In this document: positions 46,128 to 59,593 of the stretch, one piece after another | Layout: every line of letters begins with the position of its first letter | How positions within the stretch are numbered: the first letter of the stretch is position 1 | Assembly: GCA_054600435.1 (NCBI GenBank) | Contig: BAAIJX010000056.1 | Coordinates: forward strand, 1 to 64,000 | DNA length: 64,000 nt | From: Neophaeotheca triangularis | Taxonomy: Eukaryota | Reading direction: 5' to 3' | Program-made: the position numbers and the translations under genes | Notes under the pieces: generated by a model | Database searches by the model: none | The model's input: only the letters and a program-made list of their open reading frames with translations | What the model was told of the DNA's origin: nothing

Positions 46128-47236
46128 ATTTTGTAGGGGGTTATTCGGAAAGTAGCTGTGTTGGTGGAGCTGCGTTCGCGCCGATCGTCGGGGTGGTTCT
46201 TGGTGGACGGGCTGGAGAAGAGGAGGCTAAACGGATACGTTGCGCGACGGGCAGATGACTGGAAGGCGGCAAGAGTACGATGATGTGTACAGTAAGCGAG
46301 TGAAAGCGAGCTTCCAGCGTGAGAACAAAGCTCCGCGAGCTTCTTGACTTTGCGAGACGGCGAGGGAGAAATCTGTATACATTGCTCTACCCAATTACTT
46401 GCTACTGCTTTGCTTCTTATCTGATCTGAAGCCGGCGCATCCAGTATATCTAACCTGTTGAGCAGACCCTTGCAGCGGAACTTATCTCTCGGTCTTCTGA
46501 TCCCATCTGATTCGCCATCCTGCGGTATCCTAAAGTTCACTGGCATCGAAAGGCCCGCTTCAAGAACAAGTATACTCCCAAAGGTAGTTCTCAAGGAATC
46601 AAGGATGAGAGGTGTCGTAAGAACTTCGAGCCCGAGGCCAGTCTTGGCAAGGGGGAATCTCCCCGTTCGGCTACATCACAGTCGTTTCAACTCCCCATCG
46701 AACGGAGAACATGCCGGCATTGCACAAACCGCTACCCCACGGTACTCCAAAATGCATGGGCCTCCTGCTCATGGCCGATGAGGTCGGTTCGACGGTTGCA
46801 ATTTGGGCTCCCCAAAGAGGTGCCGTTCCTCCGCCAAGGCAATCTACATCAGACTTGCACCCGCTGTGCACGGGGCAATAGTATGTTCGAAACCAATGCC
46901 ATTGTTTAGCATTGCTCGCTTATGCATTACAGCTTGTGCTTATACTACAGTCACGGCGCAGACTCTGGTCCATCGACCGCTAAGCAATTGACGCTCCGTA
47001 TCACAACCTTAGACGACGGATTGGCCCGGAAGACTGAGGTCCTCTAGGACGGCAGTGAGGGTGTTAGTTGAGGATAGCTATGGGTATAACAATACTGGTA
47101 TTCCGTTCCAAGAGTGTTCCTGCTCAACCAGATTTTCTATCCCCTTCCTTCTGCCATCTCGCTCAATTCTCGTTTTAGTAAAAATTGTCGCTCATTTCAT
47201 TTTCACATAACTTTCTTCTGGTAAGAAAGCCTCATA

Positions 47237-48795
47237 ATGCGATCTCTATCAAAAATCGCGGCTCTGCTGTCGCCCAGCCTGGCGCTGTTGGCTTCAAGCA
47301 GGGCCGTCGCTCTTCCTGCTCAGCCAGCTCGTGTTGACAAGAGGCAACAAGCCTCCTGCGCACTCCCGACATCCTACGAGTGGTCCGACTATGGAGGACC
47401 TCTCGCGCAACCTGCCAATGGATGGGTATCGATCAAGGACTGGACTGCCAGTACGACCATGGATGGCCAGCACATTGTCTATGGCACATTCTTCGGAGAC
47501 TGGTGGGGTTCGTTTGGTAAGTCTCAACCACGAGCATCCTCGATAAGCTACCGAGAGCGGTGCTCCTAACCATCACCTAATAGCGTTCCCGCCTTTCAAC
47601 AGCTTCGACGAACTGGCGACCGCTCCTCAGACGCCTCAAGCTGAAGCCGCGGTGGCACCTACCTTGTTTTACTTTGAGCCCAAGCAAATCTGGGTCCTAG
47701 CCTACCAATGGGCACTGCACCCCTTCTCCTACAAGACCTCCAATGACCCCACGGACCCCAACGGCTGGGGGCCGGAAGAGGTTCTCTTCTCTGGCAGCAT
47801 CACGGACTCCGAGACCGATGTCATCGACCAGACCTTGATCGGCGACGACCAAAACATGTACTTGTTCTTCGCCGGCGACAATGGCAGAATCTACCGCTCG
47901 AGCATGCCCCTCGACAATTTCCCCTCCAGCTTCGGCACCGAATACGAAATCATCCTCGAGGACACTCTGCAGAACCTCTTCGAGGCCGTACAAGTCTACA
48001 CCGTCGAGGGCCAGAACCAATACCTCATGATTGTCGAAGCCATCGGTCTGGAGGGCAGGTACTTCCGCTCCTTCACCGCCGACCGTCTCGACGGCGAATG
48101 GACTCTCCAAGCCGGTGACGAGAACGCACCTTTCGCGGGCAAAGCCAACAGCGGCGCGACCTGGACCAACGACATCTCCCACGGCGACCTGATCAAGTCG
48201 TCCAACGACCAAACGATGGTGAGTTCCCCCCTAACCTCCTCTCTCCTTTGATCCCACTAACCCCCAACCCTCCCAGTCCATCGACCCCTGCAACCTGCAA
48301 TTCCTCTACCAAGGCCAAGACCCCAGCAACCCGGACCTGCACTACGACGACTGGCCCTACCTCCCAGGTCTGCTGACGCTCCAAAACGCACCCCCGCTCG
48401 ACAACACGGCCGCCGCTCCTCCCGCGCCCGAAACCCCAATCGACACCAACCTCAACGCCGCCGTGCCCGACCAAGACATCCACACCGACCCAACAGCCAT
48501 CGCCTTCAACGCCGACGGCAGCGTCGCCGAAGACGCGCCCCTGGCTCCCGTGACGGGCGAGGAGACCGAGCAGCAAGCGGACGAGGAGGAGTTCAACTAC
48601 TCCATCGCCACTGAGCCCAACACTGCCGCTGCCACGCCTGTGGTTGATGCTAGCGGTGATGAGGCCGGGTGCACTCCCATGCGTGTTACTATTACTACTT
48701 CGACGCCCGAGCCTACTGTTGCTGCTGCTGCGGGTGACGAGGAGTGCACGCCCGCTACGGTTACTATTACTAGGGGTGCTGAGCCGACTTTTTAA
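47237..48795 (+). CDS. GH62 alpha-L-arabinofuranosidase with acidic C-terminal extension
   Basis: signal + [57 protein letters not shown]; introns 47517-47583 and 48219-48276. Confidence 0.93.
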
Positions 48796-49203
48796 ACGAG
48801 CGGGTCGTGATGGTCAAGTGAGAGGGGTGGCGCTTGTTCTTTGAGGGGAGGAGGTTGCTAAGACGCTGGGGAATGGACGCGGTGAGAGTTGCGGATAGCT
48901 GTGTTTGTGTATTATCTTCGTAGTTTGCTTGACTGTCCGTATTGGTTTGTAAAGCTTGTCGCTGTAGGTTGGATTTGCGATATCTGTTACGACATGTTGA
49001 ACTGTGTTTGGTCAGATGGAAGCGATGAGCCCCTTCCCATCGTCTTAACGCGATGGTTGGCAGATGCCGTTCAAGGCTATCGAATACAGCGTAATGGTCG
49101 TTCTCCGCCTCGTAAGAAGGCAGCGCGGCTGATCATGCCGTTCAACCTACCAAAGCAACGATTGGCAGCAAAGCCCTCATCATGACCCAAGATACACAGC
49201 CTA

Positions 49204-50127
49204 TCAAGAATCCTGCTGCTCCTTCGATCTCTGTGACGGCGGCGTCGAAGCCTGTTGATCCTCCACCCTCCCCTTCTCCGCATTCCCACCCTCCATACTC
49301 CCCTCCAGCACAAGCGTCGCAAACCCGCCAACCTTCCCCTCCAACCCCTTAAACTCCTTAGCGCCGCTAACCTCGCCACAAACCTCCCGAACCCTCTCCA
49401 AAACCCCCCTGCACTCCTCCAACGTCGCCTTGCGCCCCTTCTTCTTAGCCGCAAAAACAACCTCCACCCTCCTCCCCTCGGCCAAAAACTCCCTAACTTT
49501 GCCCAACCGGTGCCCCAAATCATTCCCGTCAATGGCCCAATTCAACTCCAAAGTCTTCATGCTCTCGGCACGAGATTTGGCCGTAGCCCCACCACCCGCC
49601 GCTTTGGCGAGTTGCTTGCGCTTCTTGTCCTTCTCGTAGACATCCTTCTTGCTGACGATTTTGCAGACGGCGGGGGAGAGGCGGTCCGTGGGATCTGCGG
49701 GTTCGGCCACTTGGACGAGACGGTGGGTTTTGCGGTCGATGGAGCCTAGGACGTCGTAGGGGGTTCGGGGCGGTAGGGGTTCTTCCGTGACTGGGTCGAC
49801 GGGGAACTTGTTCGTCGAGGGGTCGATGATGTGGATGAGTTGGGCGCTGATTTCGTCGTCGATGCGGTGTTTGCGCTTTTCCGGTTCGCGGTATTTCGCT
49901 GCTAGGGGTCGTGGGGTGGTTGTGAAGGGCCGGTGGGTGGGAGCTTGGTGGGGAGTGGGGGGTTTGGGGAGGTGTCTGATGGGGAGGCGTGGGGGGGTTG
50001 GTGCGATGAAGACGCTGTAGAGGGCTTGCGCTGTTGTTCGCGCGGATCTGCTGTGTAGAGGAGGCATGGCGAGGGTGGTGTTGGGTATCAATTGGGGTGG
50101 GACATACCTCCCAGGCCAACGAGGCAT
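49204..50127 (-). CDS. AIM23: mitochondrial translation initiation factor IF3 (Aim23-like)
   Basis: presequence, IDDEI, PAVCKIV, KTLELNWAIDGNDLGHRL..FLAEGRRVEV; start could be ATG 50067. Confidence 0.8.
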   Translation of the reverse strand: MPRWPGRYVPPQLIPNTTLAMPPLHSRSARTTAQALYSVFIAPTPPRLPIRHLPKPPTPHQAPTHRPFTTTPRPLAAKYREPEKRKHRIDDEISAQLIHIIDPSTNKFPVDPVTEEPLPPRTPYDVLGSIDRKTHRLVQVAEPADPTDRLSPAVCKIVSKKDVYEKDKKRKQLAKAAGGGATAKSRAESMKTLELNWAIDGNDLGHRLGKVREFLAEGRRVEVVFAAKKKGRKATLEECRGVLERVREVCGEVSGAKEFKGLEGKVGGFATLVLEGSMEGGNAEKGRVEDQQASTPPSQRSKEQQDS

Positions 50128-50316
50128 GTGGTCTGGACTGAGGTAAGCGAGCTGTATACCTTAGGGTAAGGGTTTTGGTAGGCTTCCATCTTTTCTGTCA
50201 GCAACGTCAACTCTTCCTAGGTCTGTCTCTTCCAAGACGCAGTGAAAACGTTCCATTCGGCACGAAAGATATAACGCTTGAATACGTACAGCCTTGTTTG
50301 TTCCAACCTCACCGCG

Positions 50317-50783
50317 ATGGCTATCGATACGCTGCCGATGACGGTCGAGTTCTCGTACGTCCTTTACTCATTTCACGTACTACACCCAAAGGACAACGGA
50401 GCTAATATCGACATCAGCGGTGGACTGGAGATGCTCTTCTCGGACCAAAGAAAACACAAAATTCATCTGCCTCTCAAAACAAACGACGGCCAACCTCCGG
50501 ACGTTGCGTTTTTGATCGATTATTTGTGCAACAACCTCATGAAAGACCCTCGCAAGGACATGTTTGTGCTTGACGACGCCGTGTACGCCGCCCCGGACAT
50601 TGAGAAAAGACTTCAAGAAGACGACGACGCTCTAATCGATTGAGAAGACGCTGACATTTGTACAGACGACCGGGCATTCTCGTTCTAATCAACGACGCCG
50701 ATTGGGAGCTCGAGGGTGAAGACCAGTATGTCATTCAGCCTGGCGACAACATCGTCTTCGTTTCCACCTTACACGGCGGGTGA
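50317..50783 (+). CDS. URM1: ubiquitin-related modifier 1
   Basis: [37 protein letters not shown]; introns 50355-50417 and 50583-50665. Confidence 0.96.
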
Positions 50784-51233
50784 AGTGCTTCTGAACGGGC
50801 ACATCATGACGGGCAACACGTTAAGAGACATTCATCATGTCAAAAGAATATTTCGGATCGATTTCAACAGCAACTTGATGTGGAAACGCCGCCGCCAGAC
50901 TGGCATAGCATGCTTCTGCTCTCACAAGCCAAGACAGCCTTCTCCCAGCAGCACCGGATACCTCGAGTCAACGAGTGGATGCCCATGTGGTTCTGTGACA
51001 AAGCGCTCAGCATCCGTGGTTGAGCGAGAATGGAAGTATTCCAAGATCGGGAAATACCCATCAGGGTAGACAAACCCCCCCATCCCATCAAGGTTCTTTG
51101 TACCTGTCCGAAGTAGTTATACTATACTATGAGAGAGACAGGCGCCATATTAAATGCAAGACCTTCTTAGCACTACCAACCTACAACGTTGCACAGCCCA
51201 CCCAACCTACGTGACCTTGTCCTTACCACGTCA

Positions 51234-53046
51234 ATGAAAATGGCAGGCAACAACGAAACCGACGACCGCTCGCCCCCAATCTACGACGTCCTCATCATAG
51301 GAGCCGGACCAAGCGGACTAGCAGTAGCATCAAGACTCCGCGAACAGCACCCTTCAGCCCTCTTCACCGACGATGAGCATGGCCGCTACCATTGGATCAA
51401 CAAGCATTCTAACCAGGCATCTATCCGAAAAACGCGTGACAACCGCGTCAAAGCAGCCGATCCTTCCAAAAACGATTGCGGAGGCATCTCTACGCTCGTC
51501 TTGGACAGCTCCGGCAATGACTGGATGACCAAGTGGAATTCTCATTTCAAGACTTTCAACATCCAGCACCTACGAAGCCCCATGTTCTTTCACCCAGACC
51601 CGAGTGATCGAGATGCTCTGCTAGCGTATGCTCGAGAGACTGGGAGGGAAGATGAATGCGTCGAGATTGCCGGCTGCGTAGGTAAAGAAGTCAGCAAGCA
51701 CAAGAAGAAGAAACGAAAAATGGGGCAGTTGTAAGTTACCACCATCACGGCCAATCCAAACCCTCCCCTGCCCTAACAAGCCCCCCAGTTCCCAACCAGT
51801 AAACGCTATCGACGAACGCGACCGCAAAGACTACTACACTCCCTCGGCGGGCCTCTTCAACGACTTCTGCCGCGCCTGTGCCGACCGCTACCACCTCAGC
51901 CACAACCACATCAAACACGAAACCGTGCTAGACATAGCCTACAACACGACGCCCAACGACCCGACAACCCCCGAACCCGACCGGCCCCTCTTCAAAATCC
52001 ACACAACCACCAGCACCCACCTCTCCCGCACCGTAGTCCTAGCAATCGGCGCCGGCGCCCCCATCATCCCGCCTCCCTTCCCCGCCTCGCACCCCGCCGC
52101 AACCCACGCCATGAACCTCACCCCCACCACGCCAATCCCACCCCCCCACCTCGCATCCCCCAACCCAACAACCCCCCAAACCATCCTAATCCTCGGCGGC
52201 GGCCTCACCAGCGCCCAACTCGCCGACCGCATCCTAACCCTCACCCGCACCCTCACCGTTCACCTCCTGACCCGCTCCCACCTCAAATCCAAACCCTTCG
52301 ACACCGATCTCGCCTGGCTGGGCAAATACCGCAACACGGCCAAAGCGGCTTTCTGGTCCGCCGACAGCGACGCCGAACGCTTGGCTCTGGCCAGGGAGGC
52401 CCGGGACGGGGGCAGCGTGCCGCCGGTCTGGAAGCGGAAGCTGCGGGGCTGGGAGCGCAGCGGCCGGTTGCGGGTGCACGCGAACACGACGGTGCGGGAA
52501 GCGCGCTGGGACGAGGGGGTGGGGAAGTGGGATGTTGTCGCCGAGCCTGCGGTGGCGGGGTTGCGGTTGACGGCGTCGTCGGCGGCGGCTGCTGGGAGTG
52601 GAGCTGGTGAGAGTCAAGCTGGTGGCGGCGAAGGCGGCATCGACCACATCTACCATGCCACGGGAACCAACACGGCTCTGGGCGAGTACGAGTTCCTGCG
52701 AACCCTGCTCCGGGAGCAGCCGATCGACAGTCTAGAGGGTTTACCAATCTTGACCGAGGACCTGGCGTGGAAGGAGGGAGTGCCGTTGTTTGTGACTGGG
52801 AAGTTGGCGATGTTGAGGTTGGGGCCCGGGGCGGGGAATTTGGAGGGTGCGAGGGTGGGGGCTGAGAGGGTGGTTTGGGGTTTGAGGGATTTTTTGGACG
52901 GGGTGGGGAAAGGGGACGAGCTGGGGGTGGAGAGGAGGGATAGTGGGGTTGACGGCGTGGGGGAGGAGGACAAGGAGCAGAGGTTGTATGAGTATACTGT
53001 TGGGTTGGGGAATCGGTTTGCTGGGTTGGGGGTTGAAGGGGAGTGA
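51234..53046 (+). CDS. FAD/NAD(P)-dependent oxidoreductase (flavin monooxygenase-like)
   Basis: IIGAGPSG, HLRSPMFFHPDP, second ILGGGLTSAQ, LGPGAGNLEGAR; intron 51731-51788 joins the two ORFs. Confidence 0.85.
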
Positions 53047-53419
53047 GTAGTTTGGGTGATCGGGGGGTTTCGTGTTGCTTTTCGAGGACTTGGGGTGGGT
53101 AGAGGTGCTTGGATGGATATAGTCTGTCGCTTGCGTTTGTTATGGTACCTTTAACGTCTTGGTCACTTTTGTGGTGTGAAGCAAAATGCTCGTGTGGTCG
53201 GGTTTTTGAGTGTATAGGCAATTGCAGCGGATTAGTAGTAAGCTACGGTGTATCCAAGCCACTACAACTTTTCCAAACTGTCTAGCATACCCTCCGGGGC
53301 AAGTCGATGGTCGGCTCAATCTCTCGTGGCCCATTCGCTTGACCGGCAGAAAGAGCAAGGCAACGTTCTATGAACGGCTCCACGGTCACCATTCCTACTC
53401 CAAGCGTACTGTTCGCACA

Positions 53420-55267
53420 TCACCAGCCGGCGAACCCAGCACCCCCACCCTCATCATGCTTCCGCTCGTCAGCCGCAACCCAAACCTCCTCTGGCTGCAC
53501 AGCTGCCTCCCTCTGCTGCCCAAGACCCCACCCGGAAGCGGTAACGACACTCTCCTCCACTACCCCGGGCCTTGCATCACCACTCCCACTCCCACTCCCA
53601 CCCTCCCCATCAACCGCAACACCCTTGCCGGCTCCACCACCACTCCGACCCTCCCCCTCAAATCCCCCAGCCAAAAACCTGCCCAAACTCCACTCCCCCT
53701 TCCCCCTCTCGACCCCGCTGCTCCCCTCAAAACAGCCACGAGCATCACAAACCACAACCCCGGCCTGAACAAAAACAGTCCTCAACCTCCACCTCGTGCT
53801 CGGCACGCTACCGGGTTCGTGCACGCAAACGACAACATCGGTCTGCACTTCCACCGTGATTCTGGCGCCTTTGCAGTTTTTGGGAACGAGGGCGAGTTGG
53901 TGCGAGTAGATGCGCGAGCGGGCTTGCTTGTCTAGGCCGTAGAGGAGGCAGCCGCGGGCGTAGGAGGAGGGGGTTGTTGGGGTGGGGAGGAGGAGGGGTT
54001 GGTGGGTGTTTTTGGCCGGGAGGAGGGTGTGGGCGCGGAGGAGGGCGGGGGCGAGTCTGGGGTAGAGGCGGAGGGGGTCGGTCTGGGTCGGGGTGTCAGT
54101 GGGTGGGTGGGTTTGGATTGGTGGGGGGTAAAGGTTGTAAAACTGAAGTTTGATTTTAGGGGGAGGCGGGGCTTGTTCTTGACTGACTTTGTTGATTGTC
54201 GTGGCCACAGTACCTGGTAGCATCAAGCTGTCGAAGACGAAGACGGGTTTAAAGACTTCTACGTCCCATTTTCCTCCCGGGTCGAGGTTGTAGCCCTGTG
54301 GGCGGTTGAGTAGGACGTTGCGGTAGGGTTGTGGGATGTAGGAGGCGTAGGCAGGGTCGTCGTTCAAGAAGCTAGCGTGGATGTAGGCGTCGTCTGGGCG
54401 TTTGGGTTGTTGGGAGAGACGAGGGGTGGGGCTTTGGAACCGCTCGCCTAGGTCGATGCCGAGGCCGATGATGGAGTTGTCGTTGGAACGTCTTGGAGCA
54501 TTGGTATGTCTCTCGAAATGTTGGTCGTAGATGGGGTTATAATTGGGTTTAGGAGTTGAGCCTTTGTCGATGTTGGTCAGCTCGGTTTCCCACCAACCTT
54601 GTCTTTGCATTGGAGTGGCAAAGTCTGCCATTGCTCGTAGGACGTCCGGAGTAGGGTTGTTGATGTAGATTTTGGGCCGGCCGTTGACGACGTGGAGCTC
54701 ACATGAAGATATGTGCATTCGTTCAAAGGGTCTGGCTGGTTCCTGTGGTTTCTCCTGGCGGGTCGGTAAGTTTTGACGGGTTTTGTGCTGTTGAAAGGAG
54801 GTTGTTAGATTACGGGTTTGGCTTGTGAAGGGAGGCTGGCGAATGTGTGTTGGAGTAGGCCGGGTGGATATTGAAAGATTTTGAACGAGTGATGGTTGCT
54901 CTGTCCCAGGGGTACGCTGCTTGGATTTTTTTTGACGTGCAATCATCACATGTGGAGGCTGTGGGTTCGTTGCTGAAGTTGCAGACTGTGGCAATGGCTT
55001 TTTCCCATGATGCACGTGACTCTCCCTGTGGCGAGGAAGAGAAGAGGCGTGTGATTCAATCTTGCTTCGATACAGAAGCAAGTCAATGCGTGCTTCGATG
55101 GCGGCTAGATTTCGGATAGTAGTCTGCTCGTACAGAGCGGGAGGTGAAAGGGTGATGTCGAGACGAGGGGGAAGTTGAGGCTGCTGAGCGCTTCTTGCTT
55201 TTTTCTCGTAGGCTGGCCCTGGTGGTGTCATTCGCGGCATCTTTTGGTGGTGATGCTGAGAGGCCAT
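53420..55267 (-). CDS. hypothetical protein with possible degenerate AIG2/GGCT-like C-terminal domain
   Basis: 615-codon ORF; probable in-frame intron 54083-54187; PVFVFDSLMLP..LAPALL..RGCLLYGL. Confidence 0.6.
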   Translation of the reverse strand: MASQHHHQKMPRMTPPGPAYEKKARSAQQPQLPPRLDITLSPPALYEQTTIRNLAAIEARIDLLLYRSKIESHASSLPRHRESHVHHGKKPLPQSATSATNPQPPHVMIARQKKSKQRTPGTEQPSLVQNLSISTRPTPTHIRQPPFTSQTRNLTTSFQQHKTRQNLPTRQEKPQEPARPFERMHISSCELHVVNGRPKIYINNPTPDVLRAMADFATPMQRQGWWETELTNIDKGSTPKPNYNPIYDQHFERHTNAPRRSNDNSIIGLGIDLGERFQSPTPRLSQQPKRPDDAYIHASFLNDDPAYASYIPQPYRNVLLNRPQGYNLDPGGKWDVEVFKPVFVFDSLMLPGTVATTINKVSQEQAPPPPKIKLQFYNLYPPPIQTHPPTDTPTQTDPLRLYPRLAPALLRAHTLLPAKNTHQPLLLPTPTTPSSYARGCLLYGLDKQARSRIYSHQLALVPKNCKGARITVEVQTDVVVCVHEPGSVPSTRWRLRTVFVQAGVVVCDARGCFEGSSGVERGKGEWSLGRFLAGGFEGEGRSGGGAGKGVAVDGEGGSGSGSGDARPGVVEESVVTASGWGLGQQREAAVQPEEVWVAADERKHDEGGGAGFAGW

Positions 55268-56021
55268 TGTAATGTAATACCGCTCCGTGGGTGGCCCAGG
55301 TGGTCAGTACAATACTAACTAGGGTGTGTAACCGTTGACTTGAACTTTGCTGAGAGGCAGAAGAGGCTTGTGATGTTGACGTTGCAGCAGGCTCACTACC
55401 TAAAGTCATGTGTTAGATACTACCTCACCTACCTAGGTGCCTACTAGGTAATGTAAGATTCAGATCGTGGACGCAATCAGCCATGATTCATTTCAATAAA
55501 GCAAGGGAGTCTCTATTCCAAATCGCCATGGGGTGTGGTAGTACACTGCAAGATAGCATAGCAGATACATAGTAGGTGGTAAGGTAGCTCAGGTAGGTAA
55601 AGTAAGGTAAGGAACAGCGCCACCATGTACCCATTGAGCGAGCGACATCAATCATCACGATAGTGTCACGTCGGCACGTGAAGACTGCCTCAGGTATCAA
55701 TTAATACTAGGGGGTAGACCCGACCGTAGATAACCTTGGAAGGTTTACCATACCTAGATAGGTACTCTCGTACTGTAGAAGTGAAGTCGGGGATTCACGA
55801 AGCTTCCACCGCGAGTCTCTGCGCGCTTCCAATTGCCTCCAGCTGTCTTAGTCAGTCCTGACGAGGTCGGCTGCTGCCTGCCCTGCCCTCCACTGCCCTT
55901 TATCGCTTTCGATCATCAACGTCACGGGCTTTGCTATTCCGAACTTCACCCGGGGGTCTGCAAGCTCACCTCCGAAGCCTACCTTAACACCTACACCACA
56001 TCATCTTCGACACCTCCTCCT

Positions 56022-56048
56022 CCTACTACTACTACTACTACAACTACT
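56022..56048 (+). repeat. (CTA)n microsatellite in the pyrimidine-rich leader of CDC48
   Basis: CTACTACTACTACTACTACAACTACT. Confidence 0.7.
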
Positions 56049-56233
56049 TACTCCCCATCAACACTCTCTCCCTTATCCTCTCCATCCACCTTTTCTCTTG
56101 AAGACTCCGTCAGTCAGCTCCACCACAGCTCTACTGACGTTAAAACCACCTCACTCCTTCCACATCGCCACTTGTCGAAGACCCGACACTTGACTGAAGA
56201 CTCGCCTTCAAACACCGGTACCACCCCTCAAAC

Positions 56234-58897
<2,664 letters not shown>

Positions 58898-59593
58898 ACG
58901 CTTACCCACAACGTCATTGCACGAAACGACCTCGTCCGCCCTTCCGGCATCTCTGCCGTCGATCTAGCTGCTCTACCGGCTTTTAGCTCGACAAACCTCC
59001 TCGACCATTTGGCGTTTCCGGTCCTCTTTGCTACCATGACGGGGGAAAACGCAACAAGAAGCGGGCGTGAATTTAATCCACAGAACTGAAGGAGAAGAGA
59101 GCATAGAGAGGTTTTCTTTTCTTTTTGGAGTCTTCGAGATTAGTTTAGCTTGAGCTACCTTAGCTTGACTGGTATCGAGGGCTTTTGTAACAGTAGTAAA
59201 ATGTTTCAATGTGCTTTTTTGTCAATTGCTGATGTTGTTTGTTGCTGTATTTGAGGTGTGTGTGTGGCTCGTCTTGAGTGTCGTTGATGCTTAGGGATCT
59301 TGCGTGATGGTTGTGCGGTATTTGAGCTGGGTGTCTTTGTTTTTTCACATGTCTCGCCGTGTCTGACGGGATCGTGGAGGTGTACGAGAGGTTTCTCTTA
59401 TTTGCGATAACTGTTGCTGTTGCATTGTTAGGTGTTTGTTAAGGGCATATTCTATAAACGGCTGTTATATAAATGTGCCTGCAAAGGTACAGGGCACGTG
59501 CCACTTCGGCGGCGAACTTTCATCTCGACGTCTCAGAGAGCTTCAGCACAGAATTACCCTGAACATCACCCTTACCAACCACACCCACCAACC

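Noticed and set aside
46225..46835. XlnR-like GGCTAAA (46225) and CreA-like SYGGRG sites upstream of GH62
   Set aside because: Short motifs expected by chance; the GGCTAAA probably lies in the IRC22 3' UTR, 1 kb from the ATG.
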